A DNA stretch of 63,942 nt, filler included, from Myxococcota bacterium (GCA_023150835.1; 3 parts of 3 records of this genome joined end to end with filler, not necessarily neighbours in it); one strand, 5' to 3'; shown: positions 10,463-20,809, counted from the first letter of the whole stretch. Numbers and translations: made by a program. Notes: generated from the letters alone by a model not told the origin.

Positions 10463-11347
10463 ATGAAGAAAAAAGCCCACAGTCCGCTCAAAGGGATCGA
10501 ACGACGCTCGCGGCGCATCCTTGAAACGGCCCTCAAACTCGCTGAAAAAGGCGGATTCTCCGCCGTTCGCTTGCGCGACATCGCCGCCGAAGCTGGTGTC
10601 GCCCTTGGGACCGTCTACAAACGCTTCCAAAGCAAAGAAGATATCCTGATCGCCATCCTCCAACTCGAACTTACCAAGATCCGACAAATCCTCTCCGAAC
10701 AACCCCCCTCCGGCACCAACCTCTGGCGCGTCACCGATCTGCTCGGCTACATCACCCACTGGCTTTGCGTTCGCCCCCAACTCTCCCAAGCCACCATCAA
10801 GGCCGTCTCTTCAGGCGAACCCGCTCTCGCTGAAAAAGTCAGCCTCTTCCACAACGAGATCATCGCCCTCACCATCGACACCCTGCGCGGCCAAGGCATC
10901 CCCCCCGAATCCCACCTCCTCAACCATCCCCCCTCTCTCACCGAACAACACTTCGCCACCCTCCTCCAGCACATCTGGTTTTCTCTGCTGATCGCTTGGT
11001 CGGGCGGACTCAAAACCGCCGAACAGATCGAAGCCGAGATCACACAAGCCACCCACATCCTTGCCCGTGGACTCGACATCCAAGAAACCCACACCCACAA
11101 TACCCCCCAACTCTCCCTTCTCACCCTCGCCGATGACTCCTCCCGCTCCTCCGATAAATCCGCACTCTCCGATGATGATTCCGCACTCTCCGATGATGAT
11201 CCCGCACTCTCTGATGACGAAGATCCCCTTGCAGACGCCCGCATCACCTACGCAGAGGATCCCTTTCCAAACAACGACCATCCCTCCCTCAACGATGACA
11301 CTTTCTCTCCAAACTACGACGATCCCTCCGACGCCAAGGACGCCTAG
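10463..11347 (+). CDS. TetR/AcrR family regulator (KstR-like) with acidic repeat tail
   Basis: HTH RILETALKLAEKGGFSAVRLRDIAAEAGVALGTVYKRFQSKEDIL; GAGG upstream of ATG 10463; 21-bp repeats (ALSDDD) near 11160-11220. Confidence 0.9.
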   Translation: MKKKAHSPLKGIERRSRRILETALKLAEKGGFSAVRLRDIAAEAGVALGTVYKRFQSKEDILIAILQLELTKIRQILSEQPPSGTNLWRVTDLLGYITHWLCVRPQLSQATIKAVSSGEPALAEKVSLFHNEIIALTIDTLRGQGIPPESHLLNHPPSLTEQHFATLLQHIWFSLLIAWSGGLKTAEQIEAEITQATHILARGLDIQETHTHNTPQLSLLTLADDSSRSSDKSALSDDDSALSDDDPALSDDEDPLADARITYAEDPFPNNDHPSLNDDTFSPNYDDPSDAKDA

Positions 11348-11350
11348 ACG

Positions 11351-13045
11351 ATGCAGCACACCAAACGGCACGCCCTCGCGTGGAGATATCTCGCCCTTCT
11401 CTTCGCATCTTCGGCATTCCTCTCCCTTCCCAATGAACCCTCTCAAGCCAACCAGACACCGCCCTCCTCTCTTGAGGCGATCATGGAACGCCTCTATTCA
11501 GGCCGCTTTTGGATCGGACCCAACGGAGAACCCCTTGTCACCGTCGGGATCATGGACAACCAAGACAAGATCGAGTTTTCCTGCAAACACGGCTGTCGCG
11601 CCCGCCTCTACCGCCGCAACGAGCCTCCCCAAGAAACAGGACTTGAAGCCTATCACTCCTACACCATCCGACCTTTGCGCGCTCGACCTGCTTGGCTTCG
11701 CCATTGGCTCGTCGCCTTTGCCACTCCCTACGACGATACGGCCCGTTTCAACGCTCTCGAAAAACAATGGACGCAACGAGGCTTTGGCATCCACCCGCTG
11801 ATCACAGGCGGCGTCTTTGCCCTCCAAGGCCACCTCTTTGATACACGCCAACGCCTCGGTAGCCTCGCCGTCTTTGCCAAGCGCGAACACGCCACACAAC
11901 GCGCCACGCAGCTTGAAGACCAACTTCACCTGCCGATCCGTCTTCACGAAGAGATCGCTCGACGCCCACAGATCCGAATGTTGCTGCATGGCGGCGGACG
12001 CCTCGAAGCCGACGACCTGATCGAGATCCATCCACGACGCGGAACCATCCGCGTGGAGCGTGTCGAATTTGGCCGTGGCGACCGCTGGCATCGCTTCGTC
12101 CCCCGCCAATTCCTCGGTCCCCTCTGGTTCACCGCCGACCGACACGGCAAACTCGCTCTCGTCCAAAAGATATCCCTTGATGCTTTCTTGCGCGGTGTCT
12201 TACGCGCCGAGATGCCACCTAGCGCACCTCTCGAAGCCCTCAAAGCGCAAGCCGTCTGCGCTCGCAACGAAGTCCTCGCCAAGATCGCAACCCGTCACCG
12301 CGCCGATCCCTTCCTCTTTTGCGCACACACCCACTGCCAAGTCTACACAGGGAACCAAGAAAGCGACACCCGCATCCTCCGCGCCATCCAAAGCACACGC
12401 GGCCTTGTCCTCACCCTCCCCAACGGCCAACTCTCCGACGCGCCCTTTAGCGCCGTAAGCGGCGGACACACCGAACACAACGAGTTCGTCTGGTCGAATC
12501 TACCGCACCCCGCCCTCCGAGGAAAGCTCGATCTGCGCCAGCCTTCCAGCCTTTTTGAACATGGCATCGCTCCCTTCAATCTCCAACGCTGGCTGCTTGA
12601 ACCCCCAGACGCTTACTGCCACGGAAAAACCCCCGCCATCCGCAAAAAATTTCGATGGATCCGCACTTTTTCCCCAGAACAACTCGACAAACTCGTCCAC
12701 CAACGTTATCCCGTCGGCCACATCACCGACCTCATCCCCGAAAAGCGCGGCATCAGCGGTCGGGTCTATGCTCTCCGCATCGTCGGCTCACAACGCACAC
12801 TCCGCCTACACGGTGAACTCAAGATCCGACGCCTCCTCGGAAACCTATCCAGTAGCCTGTTTCTCGTCCAAAAACACACCGGCTCCAACGGTCAGCCCAC
12901 CTCATGGAAACTCATCGGCGGCGGATGGGGACACGGTGTCGGCCTCTGTCAGTACGGTGCCATCGGGCGCGCCAACGACGGACAATCCTTCCGACAGATC
13001 CTCCAACATTACTTCACCCACACCCGCCTTCTCAAAGTCTACTAA
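11351..13045 (+). CDS. SpoIID/LytB domain lytic transglycosylase-like protein
   Basis: FLRGVLRAEMP, EALKAQAVCARN, HCQVY, SGGHTE, GWGHGVGLCQYGA, QILQHYF; N-terminal signal. Confidence 0.93.
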   Translation: MQHTKRHALAWRYLALLFASSAFLSLPNEPSQANQTPPSSLEAIMERLYSGRFWIGPNGEPLVTVGIMDNQDKIEFSCKHGCRARLYRRNEPPQETGLEAYHSYTIRPLRARPAWLRHWLVAFATPYDDTARFNALEKQWTQRGFGIHPLITGGVFALQGHLFDTRQRLGSLAVFAKREHATQRATQLEDQLHLPIRLHEEIARRPQIRMLLHGGGRLEADDLIEIHPRRGTIRVERVEFGRGDRWHRFVPRQFLGPLWFTADRHGKLALVQKISLDAFLRGVLRAEMPPSAPLEALKAQAVCARNEVLAKIATRHRADPFLFCAHTHCQVYTGNQESDTRILRAIQSTRGLVLTLPNGQLSDAPFSAVSGGHTEHNEFVWSNLPHPALRGKLDLRQPSSLFEHGIAPFNLQRWLLEPPDAYCHGKTPAIRKKFRWIRTFSPEQLDKLVHQRYPVGHITDLIPEKRGISGRVYALRIVGSQRTLRLHGELKIRRLLGNLSSSLFLVQKHTGSNGQPTSWKLIGGGWGHGVGLCQYGAIGRANDGQSFRQILQHYFTHTRLLKVY

Positions 13046-14424
13046 ATGTAGCTCAAACCATACACCGGCCTCGCAAAAGGCAACAACCGCTTGACCTCTT
13101 CCCAACGCCCCCACGCACCCGCACCCTCAAATACCGGCAAAGGCAAGCGTTCCACACCGTCCACATAACCAAATGCCGGCTCACCAAACAACAGCCGCGC
13201 CAACGTCCCACGCCCTTGCCAACGCAGCCTCCCATCCCCCCATACCATCGAAAAGATATCCCCCTCTTCTTCCAAACGCACCGTCGCTGCGTCCACTCCA
13301 ACCGCTTCTCGAAACGCTCGTTGTATCCGCTCTGTCAAACCTTCCCACGCCAGTACACAGATCACACCTTCTCCTTCTTTTCCTTCTCCCCTCACACCTT
13401 GCTCTCGCAACCACCGCAAGATCTGCCTTTCATGCCAAGGCACCGACCAACGCAGCGGAAAACGGCACAGCTCCCGACGCCCCACCTCCGCCAAACCCAC
13501 CAACACACCCGCCCGATCTCCCGCCCATTCGATCACCTCGGTGTACGTAGAACGCTCCCACAACACCAACGATGCCACAACTTGCTCCCCCGCACACACC
13601 GAATACGCCCGATGCACCGCTTCCCGCATCCAAGGCACGATCTCTCCCCCCAACACCACTCGCCACTCTGCCTCGCTCCGCCCCCAACGCACGCTCTCCT
13701 GCGCTGCGATCTCCATCCATCGCCCCTGATCCTCCGCAACATAACCGCGCAATCTTCTTTCCGCTCCCTGCTCACCCTTTCCAACCAAAAGCTCAACACC
13801 CCTAATCCCCCGCCCATCCGAGCTTTCCACTACCCCCCCAATCTCCCGTCCTTCCGAGCCTTCCACTACCCCCCCAATCCCCCGCCCGTCCGAGCTTTCC
13901 ACTACCCCCCCAATCCCCCGACCATCCGAGCTTTCCACTACATCCCCAATCCCCCGTCTATCCGGGCCTTTCACAGATCCCTCTTCCATGACGCGACGTG
14001 CCGATAGCATCGACTTCTCCAACACAACGCGCTCGATACTTGCGCAGCGAACACCGCCCTGCCGTGCGTACAATCCCCGATCACCCGATATCACAAACAA
14101 ATCGACGCCCTCTTTTCGAGCGCCCTCCATCGCTGCCAACAACAAGCGCGTCCCCACTCCTCCCCCGCGCTGCGATTCTTCCGTACACACCGCCCCGATC
14201 CGCCCAACACGCCACGCCATACGCGGTGTCTCCCATGTATCGGGCAAGTACCCGACATGACCGACCACTTCCCCTGCGCTTTCCTCGATCCACAAGTGCG
14301 AGGCGTTCTCTTCACACAAAAAATGCGGAAAACACCGCTCCATCCGCCCACCTTGTGGACGAAAACACCGATTCAACAAGCCAAACAACCTCTCCCAATC
14401 ACCTACCACAGGATGCCGCATCAT
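13042..14424 (-). CDS. Eis-like GNAT N-acetyltransferase with internal repeat insertion
   Basis: RIGAVCTEESQRGGGVGTRLL (motif A), ISGDRGLY, tandem GNAT plus SCP2-like C-terminus. Confidence 0.82.
   Translation of the reverse strand: MMRHPVVGDWERLFGLLNRCFRPQGGRMERCFPHFLCEENASHLWIEESAGEVVGHVGYLPDTWETPRMAWRVGRIGAVCTEESQRGGGVGTRLLLAAMEGARKEGVDLFVISGDRGLYARQGGVRCASIERVVLEKSMLSARRVMEEGSVKGPDRRGIGDVVESSDGRGIGGVVESSDGRGIGGVVEGSEGREIGGVVESSDGRGIRGVELLVGKGEQGAERRLRGYVAEDQGRWMEIAAQESVRWGRSEAEWRVVLGGEIVPWMREAVHRAYSVCAGEQVVASLVLWERSTYTEVIEWAGDRAGVLVGLAEVGRRELCRFPLRWSVPWHERQILRWLREQGVRGEGKEGEGVICVLAWEGLTERIQRAFREAVGVDAATVRLEEEGDIFSMVWGDGRLRWQGRGTLARLLFGEPAFGYVDGVERLPLPVFEGAGAWGRWEEVKRLLPFARPVYGLSYI
13801..13974. 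repeat. 36-bp in-frame tandem repeat x5 (GIGGVVESSDGR)
   Basis: AATCCCCC-type motif at 13804, 13840, 13876, 13912 and 13948. Confidence 0.9.
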
Positions 14425-14478
14425 CTCGCCACCACCTCTTCGCTCGATGTTTCTTTTTGTACGCAGACCTTGTGCAAG

Positions 14479-14603
14479 AAACCCCCGTGTTCGCTTCGCT
14501 TGAAGCGACAGAGTTGTTTGTCTGAAAAACGCCTGCTCGCCTCGCCAATACGGGGTCAAGGGGCGACAGTCCCTTGCGGGGCGTGGGGTGGAACCCCAAA
14601 AAA
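14479..14603 (-). repeat. Dispersed ~125-bp structured repeat, copy B
   Basis: Reverse complement of the copy A pattern (CCCCGTGTTCG...AAGCGACAGAG...TCGCCAATACGGGGTCAAGGGG...TGGGGTGGAACCCCA). Confidence 0.88.
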
Positions 14604-14650
14604 CAGACAACCCAGACGTCCGCTCCCAAGACTCAAAGCGAGCGACGGAG

Positions 14651-15442
14651 CTACGCGTAAAGAAACAGATAACGCAACGAGTCCGGGACGCGCTGCAATT
14701 CTTCGGGAGAGATCTCAAGGGCGTGTTGTTGGAAATAATTGACGCAATCGCGGAACCATTGGCGGGCGTAATAGGAATAGAGGACAGGCCGAGGTACAGA
14801 GGAGCGGTTGGCGGTCCCTGCGTGCCAGAGGCGGTAATCCATGAGCAGAGCGTCACCGACTTCGACGACGGGGAGTTCACAGCGGCAAAGTGCTTGGACT
14901 TCTTTGCGAGGAACCGCGTGACTACCCGGCCAAACTGCGGTTGTTCCGTGAAGATCGTTCATCTCAATCAGGGGAGAGATCATCAGGATAGCAAAACAAG
15001 GGAGATGAAGATCGAAGCGATCTTCGCCGAACAGCGGGGGGTGATCGGCATGAACGCCTTGATCGAGTGAGCCGGGCAAGGAGACGACCGAGCCAAACCC
15101 CCCAAGGATGGCGTCTGTTTCGGTGAACAACTGGATCAGTGGCAACAAGAAGGGGTTGGCGTAGATCTCAGGATCGTTGAAAGCCCCTGCCACTTCGATC
15201 GTCACCATCCGACGGCGGTTTCCAACTTCCAAAGCATCGCCGCGCTCTTCTTCGTAGAGATAATCTGCATATTTTTCGAGATAAAGCGTATGCAAGCGTT
15301 CGAGCTTTTCGCGGTTGTACGCTCCCTTGACCAACACCGCACCTGAGGCTCGAAATCCTTCATAAAGACTGCGAAACTCTCGCAGCCACATCCCGCGTTT
15401 GCGCTCTTCTTCGGTCAACGTCAACACCATCAGTTCCGCCAT
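14651..15442 (-). CDS. Phytanoyl-CoA dioxygenase (PhyH) family Fe(II)/2OG dioxygenase
   Basis: QGVHADHP (HxD), GTTAVWPGSH, GDALLMDYRLWHAGTANRS. Confidence 0.9.
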   Translation of the reverse strand: MAELMVLTLTEEERKRGMWLREFRSLYEGFRASGAVLVKGAYNREKLERLHTLYLEKYADYLYEEERGDALEVGNRRRMVTIEVAGAFNDPEIYANPFLLPLIQLFTETDAILGGFGSVVSLPGSLDQGVHADHPPLFGEDRFDLHLPCFAILMISPLIEMNDLHGTTAVWPGSHAVPRKEVQALCRCELPVVEVGDALLMDYRLWHAGTANRSSVPRPVLYSYYARQWFRDCVNYFQQHALEISPEELQRVPDSLRYLFLYA

Positions 15443-15591
15443 CTTCGTTGCTCCTTTTGTGATGCTCGTTTGCTAGGTGCTGTGCGCTAGGGTCGCATCT
15501 CCGTCTCGGCTGGGTGCTGTGCCCTAGCGCCGCCTCTCCATCTCAGATCGACAGGGCTTTTTCTTCCAAGATTCGGCGCGGCTTGTAGCCC

Positions 15592-15710
15592 AAACCCCCG
15601 TGTTTGCGGCATCTCAAGCGACAGCGCTGTTGTTTTGAACTACGATGCTCTCTTCGCCAATACGGGGTCAAGGGGCGACAGTCTATGGCGGGGTGTGCGG
15701 TAAAACCCCA
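15592..15710 (-). repeat. Dispersed ~125-bp structured repeat, copy C
   Basis: Same conserved blocks as copies A and B. Confidence 0.85.
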
Positions 15711-15722
15711 TAGACGTTAGGT

Positions 15723-15898
15723 TTCCGCACTTTCCGTACATTCCGTACATTCCGTACATTCCGTACATTCCGTACTTTCCGTACTTTCCGTACTTTCCGT
15801 ACTTTCCGTGCTTTGCGTGCTTTGCGTGCTTTCCGTGCTTTCCGTGCTTTCCGTGCTTTCCGTGCTTTCGGTACTTTCCGTGCTTTCCGTGCTTTGCG
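15723..15898. repeat. Intergenic 9-bp tandem array (~19 units)
   Basis: Units TTCCGTACA, TTCCGTACT, TTCCGTGCT and TTGCGTGCT arranged in blocks. Confidence 0.92.
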
Positions 15899-16055
15899 AA
15901 GCGCGCAACTCCCGTTGGTCGTTGTCCGTGGACTCTTCTTTTCGATATCCTCTGCGTGATGCCCGCGTTTTGTACCCATGTTAAGAGGGGCCAGATGTGG
16001 CTTCACCCAACGCCTATGGGGTAAAACCCCACAAAAACCATCCCACAAGGGCCGC

Positions 16056-17231
16056 CTATTCTGCGTGGGATGCGGCTTTTTTTACGTGTTTGGTCGATTT
16101 GATCTCGATGTGTTCGATATCGGGATCGATCGAAAACAAAGCCAGCTTTGCGCAGCCGCATCGGCCTGTCTGGAAAGAGTGGAGTCGTTGCGATATCTGG
16201 CCTTGGGTGATGGTGATGGCGTCCCATCCGACGGGAATCCAGACTTTTGCGGTGAGGCGATGCTTGCGGGCGCTTTTAAGCAGCGCTCCTTTTAGCGGGA
16301 TAGAGGACTTCTTGTGTCGGCGGATCTGGAGGTTGAGCGCATCATCTTTTTGTTGGGTGACGTGGAGCGTGGTCTCACGGCGCAGATACACATACCGCAC
16401 CACCTCCCCAAACGGTGCGATCCAATAGCGCTTGGATTGCTTTTTCAACGCATCGAAAAGGAAGCGGTACGTCCGAAGCGGCAGGGCTTCCCATCCTTGT
16501 TTGCGCGTGCCGTGAAACATCCACACCACCCAACCGCGTTGACGCAGACCCTGTTTGATCCACTGCAACATCTGTGAGCGTGGCGTGTTTTGGAAGGGTG
16601 TGACAGACGGTACATTCATCATATCTTTCGGTGTATGCGGGGCGATCTTGTGCATGGCTCCTCGGGCAGCGATGTAATACGTGCCCACACGCTTTCGCAC
16701 ACGTGCATTCGAGACACCGTACGGATAAGCCAGCGTATGACAGCGCGCTTGCGGAACACGGCGACGGATGGTCGCGCAAGAATCGCGCAACTCGCGTTCC
16801 AACTGGACAGGCCCGATCTGCGAAAGGTTTGGATGATTCACCGTGTGGCTGCCTAGTTCATGCCCCAAAGACCGCACTTTTCGCCAATGCGGCCAACAGG
16901 CCAGAGATTGCCGCCAAACATTCAGATCGGCCTTTTCCAAATCCACCGTGTTCAAAAAAAAGGTTCCTCGAAAGCCATATCCCCCCAACAACGGGACAAG
17001 GTGCTTGTACTGCGAGGGCAGCGAATCATCAAAGGTCAACGAGGTCGCTGCCACCGCGTCGCCATACCACAACGCGATCTCGGCCTTCCCAACGAGATCA
17101 CAAGCGCGATGCTTTTGTAAACACCGTTCCTGCGGGGGGATGCCCAACCACAAACCATCGCTAAAACCCATCCATCCCACCCACAACGACAACCACCACG
17201 CCATCCTTCCGACTCCTTCGCTACTTTTCAA
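16056..17231 (-). CDS. Secreted polysaccharide deacetylase (NodB/CE4 family)
   Basis: SLTFDDS, HELGSHTVNHPNL, LAYPYG, WMFHG motifs. Confidence 0.9.
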   Translation of the reverse strand: MKSSEGVGRMAWWLSLWVGWMGFSDGLWLGIPPQERCLQKHRACDLVGKAEIALWYGDAVAATSLTFDDSLPSQYKHLVPLLGGYGFRGTFFLNTVDLEKADLNVWRQSLACWPHWRKVRSLGHELGSHTVNHPNLSQIGPVQLERELRDSCATIRRRVPQARCHTLAYPYGVSNARVRKRVGTYYIAARGAMHKIAPHTPKDMMNVPSVTPFQNTPRSQMLQWIKQGLRQRGWVVWMFHGTRKQGWEALPLRTYRFLFDALKKQSKRYWIAPFGEVVRYVYLRRETTLHVTQQKDDALNLQIRRHKKSSIPLKGALLKSARKHRLTAKVWIPVGWDAITITQGQISQRLHSFQTGRCGCAKLALFSIDPDIEHIEIKSTKHVKKAASHAE

Positions 17232-17260
17232 ATTATCCTATCCAACGACGTCCCACAGCC

Positions 17261-18874
17261 TCAATCATCGATCACGGTGTTGGACCACCCTTGCGTCCAA
17301 GGTGTGTCGGTTGCATTCATCGCACCGATGTATCCAACGACTTGGAAGAAAGAGTCGCCCAAGACGGGCGCAGATCCCGAAAGCGCAGCAGAACCCGCGA
17401 GCGGTCGAAAGTCGAAGCGCAGCCGATTCGTTCCTCCTGTCAAATTCGTCAAAACAACGCGATTGTTTGCGTGCAACGTTGTGAAGATCTGTTCGGCAGC
17501 AGACAAACCAGCGGTGTTTAAGACGCCTCCGAATTTGGCCTTGCATCCGGGATCAAGCAGACTGTAATCGACGATAGTTTTCCCTGTGAGTTCATCCGCT
17601 TGGACTGCTTGTTCCAGCGTTTCTGGATCGGCGATGCGAAAGCAAATTCCCGAAAAAGGAGCCAGCAAAAAATTGTAGATCTGTGCGGTGGTTCCTTTAT
17701 TGAGGCTCAGGGCATCGCCGTTTCGTGGGACTGGATAACTTGCACCGATCAGCGAGAAATTCGCCAACATCGGAGCCGAGCGGGGTTCTGCTTCGGGCTT
17801 GACTTCGTTGTTTTCTCCGATCATCGCGTCTGCATCCTCACGGATCTGGTAGATCACACCGAACTGGGCTTTTCCGCGCCAACCATGCCGCCAACGCAGC
17901 CCGTAAAGTGGCGCGTGGCTCACCAAAAGATGCGAAAGATTTACCGTCCCTCCACGAATCGAAAGGCCCGCAGCTAGGCTCATGTGGATCTGGATGTGAG
18001 AGATCGTGGTGTTTGAACCGACAGCCCACAAGCCCAACGCAGGGGTCGTTCCAGCGCCTGCGTACTCGATCCGAACATAACGCATGACACCGCTCGAATC
18101 GGCATCCTCTGTCCCGCCGTAGGTCGTTGTGGTGGCTGCGTGCGTTGCAAGGCAAGGATCTAGCTTGTCTGCATCACATTGATTTTGTTTGGCTTTCCCC
18201 AAGATCAAGATCCCGCCCCACGCACCGGGATTGGGCGTGCGATCCGAAGTCGTGAACACGATCGGTTTTTCAGATGTTCCTTCGGCGATGATCTTCGCAT
18301 GGTTGTTGATCACCAACGCAACCCCCGTAGATTGTTGGGCGAGAACCTTCGCCCCAGCCTCGATCGTGAGCGTGACAGGCTTTTTCCCATCTCCGATCTG
18401 CACAACACCGCTCAAGATCCACTTGAAATTCCCCGTCAGCGCGATATCTTCGGTGTAAGTTCCCTTCAAGATACAGCCCGCGCTCACGCTGCTTCCCGTC
18501 GTACAAAACTTCGGTAGTGTGGGGGTGATCACTTCAGGAACAACAGGGCCGTCTAGAGGCGAACCATCAGGCGGGTTCCCATCGGGCGGGCTCCCATCGG
18601 GCGGGCTCTCATCAGGCAGAGGAACCTCGACGGGAGCCTCGATACAACGGCCTGCGTTGCACAAACGCCCGGGTCCGCACTGCTGATTTGTTTTGCACTT
18701 CGCGCACTGGTTTTGAACACACACCGTAAATGCGCTGCAATCTTCATTTTGTTGACAGGCTTGACCGACTGCAAACTGCGGATCTGCGGGGTTCGTTCGC
18801 GGCACTTGAAGATCCACGTAACACGCGACAAAAAGCCACAGCACACCACCCAACAACAACGTACATCTTGCCAT
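17261..18874 (-). CDS. Putative lipoprotein: Cys-rich N-module, PPDG linker and beta-helix-like domain
   Basis: GGAGG before ATG 18874; lipobox-like FVAC; LTIEAGAKV, AEGTSEKPIVFT, PGAWGGILILG, SSGVMRYVRIEYAG typical of beta-helix surface proteins. Confidence 0.78.
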   Translation of the reverse strand: MARCTLLLGGVLWLFVACYVDLQVPRTNPADPQFAVGQACQQNEDCSAFTVCVQNQCAKCKTNQQCGPGRLCNAGRCIEAPVEVPLPDESPPDGSPPDGNPPDGSPLDGPVVPEVITPTLPKFCTTGSSVSAGCILKGTYTEDIALTGNFKWILSGVVQIGDGKKPVTLTIEAGAKVLAQQSTGVALVINNHAKIIAEGTSEKPIVFTTSDRTPNPGAWGGILILGKAKQNQCDADKLDPCLATHAATTTTYGGTEDADSSGVMRYVRIEYAGAGTTPALGLWAVGSNTTISHIQIHMSLAAGLSIRGGTVNLSHLLVSHAPLYGLRWRHGWRGKAQFGVIYQIREDADAMIGENNEVKPEAEPRSAPMLANFSLIGASYPVPRNGDALSLNKGTTAQIYNFLLAPFSGICFRIADPETLEQAVQADELTGKTIVDYSLLDPGCKAKFGGVLNTAGLSAAEQIFTTLHANNRVVLTNLTGGTNRLRFDFRPLAGSAALSGSAPVLGDSFFQVVGYIGAMNATDTPWTQGWSNTVIDD

Positions 18875-19022
18875 CGACAAACCTCCCAAATGCCCAAGCA
18901 CAGGACAACATCGTGCTTTAAGACACCTCCAGCCGACCTTGTGGCTGAGATATCTCCGATCGGCATCGTGCGCCGAGAGAACTCTCACCCAACGTACCAA
19001 ACATCCCTCCGAAAAGATGCCT

Positions 19023-19310
19023 TTACTGACAGAGACCTGCAAGGCAGGAGGGCCGCGTCTTTGGACAATGGGATGCTGTCTTGCATTGGGCGCACTTGTT
19101 GTTCACGCAAAAACCAAAGGGGCCACACTCTGGATCTTTTTCGCAAGATACGTCTTTCTGGTATTTCGGATCATACGGGTTGGTTCGTGGAACCGTATCC
19201 TCAAGATAACAAGCACCCAGCCCGCACAGCAAAAAACAGCAAAACCCCAAAGCGCCGAACCGAAGGACTCGCAACGCAGCTCGCCGCACAAAAGCACCGT
19301 TCCTTTTCAT
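19023..19310 (-). CDS. Small Cys-rich putative lipoprotein, paralogous to the N-module of the downstream gene
   Basis: LGAC lipobox, then CYLEDTVPRTNPYDP and 8 further Cys, mirroring CYVDLQVPRTNPADP in the neighbour. Confidence 0.8.
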   Translation of the reverse strand: MKRNGAFVRRAALRVLRFGALGFCCFLLCGLGACYLEDTVPRTNPYDPKYQKDVSCEKDPECGPFGFCVNNKCAQCKTASHCPKTRPSCLAGLCQ

Positions 19311-19321
19311 CCGCCACCCCC

Positions 19322-20809
19322 TCAAGGCTTTTTCTCGCAAGGGCTGATCTGTTCGAGATCAGGCCGTTCGCGCACAAACAGAAACGTCCCAACCCCCATC
19401 CCAACGATCCCAAGAAACATCCCAAGATGCCCCATCGTTGTCAACGAATTGCCCGTTCGCGCCGCATTTTCATAAGCCACCGCGTATGGCTCCATCCCTG
19501 TTTGCGCATTTTCGTACAATCGGCGCTGTCGGGTGGCTTCTTGGTGTGAGGCCGCGCCCATCCCGTATCCGAGACCACCCAATCCAACAAGCGCAAGGCC
19601 CCCAAAAAACGGCACCCATATCGCCGCAGGATGCAAGCGGCTTTGCTGTTTTTTTTCAATCCAAGATTGTGTCTCGGTGTCCTTCTCCAAAAAGAACGGA
19701 AGATGCGCAGGTTTGCCGTCTTCCACTTCGACGCGCCGATCTACCGAGCGATAACACATCCGCTTGATCTTGATCGCGTAGCTTCCACGCGAAACAAACA
19801 GCTTGCTCGGTGTCAAGCCGCTGTACACGCCCTCCACAAAGATCTGTGCCTGCGGCGGACTCGACGTCAGCGTCAGTTGCACAGACGGTCGGGGTACCGA
19901 AAGCGTCATCGGAACCCCTTGCACAACCACAAAAGCCCGTGAGTAAGGCGCGGATTGAGGATGCGCCACGCTCAAGCGATACATCCCGGGCGGCAAACGC
20001 ACTTCCCAACGCGCTGCCTGCGCCGCCAACGGCGCAAGCAACGGCCCCCCTTCCAGAGTCAATCGCGCTTGTTTGTCTTGTGTCTCGATCGTGACGAGCG
20101 TTTCTCCATAAGGCGGAGCGAATGCGTATGTAGCGCGATGACCCGCTTCCAGCCGAAACAAGCGTGTCTGTGGTGTGGAACTCGGATATTGGGCGCTCAA
20201 CAGATACGGACCGGGCGCTAGGCGCAACGTCCAAGCCGCTCCCTTTTGACAACGCTTCGCTCCCGTCTCCTGAGCAACGCAGAGCTGCGCATTCGGATCA
20301 CCCGAAAGGATCGTCAGCTTTGGATCGCGCTTTGGCTTGGGCGGCTCGACGCGGGGCGATGGAACAGGCACCGCAGGAACAAGTGCCTCAAGCTTTTTCA
20401 TCTCCCGCTGCATCTCGCTTTTGCGCTGCTCGCTCTCGAAAAGCTCCTCCGCCATATAACGCCGATACAACCCCAAAGCCCGACCAAACAACACCGCTTG
20501 TTCTTCTTTGTCCTTGCTTTGTTCTGCCGCACGCATAAACAACCGCGCTGCGTTCAACATCAAACGCCCCTTGCGATAACGCGTAATCGGCGGTAGATGG
20601 CTTGATTTCCCTAGATCATCCGCTTGTTTTTGAAAACATTCTCCTGCTTGTTTCGGTTGCCCCTTGCGAAAATACTGCACACAATCCGCTGCCCAAACCC
20701 CACCCAACGGAACCAAACCAAACAAAAACACACACGCGATGCTCCACGCATCACATATGATGCGTCGTACCTTGCGATCCATCCGACCTCCCGATGCCAT
20801 CTCGATCAT
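19322..20809 (-). CDS. TPR-like/PEGA domain protein with C-terminal TM hairpin
   Basis: Signal peptide; helical N-domain; PEGA motif LTLTSSPPQAQIFVEGVYSGLTP; two hydrophobic C-terminal helices. Confidence 0.82.
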   Translation of the reverse strand: MIEMASGGRMDRKVRRIICDAWSIACVFLFGLVPLGGVWAADCVQYFRKGQPKQAGECFQKQADDLGKSSHLPPITRYRKGRLMLNAARLFMRAAEQSKDKEEQAVLFGRALGLYRRYMAEELFESEQRKSEMQREMKKLEALVPAVPVPSPRVEPPKPKRDPKLTILSGDPNAQLCVAQETGAKRCQKGAAWTLRLAPGPYLLSAQYPSSTPQTRLFRLEAGHRATYAFAPPYGETLVTIETQDKQARLTLEGGPLLAPLAAQAARWEVRLPPGMYRLSVAHPQSAPYSRAFVVVQGVPMTLSVPRPSVQLTLTSSPPQAQIFVEGVYSGLTPSKLFVSRGSYAIKIKRMCYRSVDRRVEVEDGKPAHLPFFLEKDTETQSWIEKKQQSRLHPAAIWVPFFGGLALVGLGGLGYGMGAASHQEATRQRRLYENAQTGMEPYAVAYENAARTGNSLTTMGHLGMFLGIVGMGVGTFLFVRERPDLEQISPCEKKP

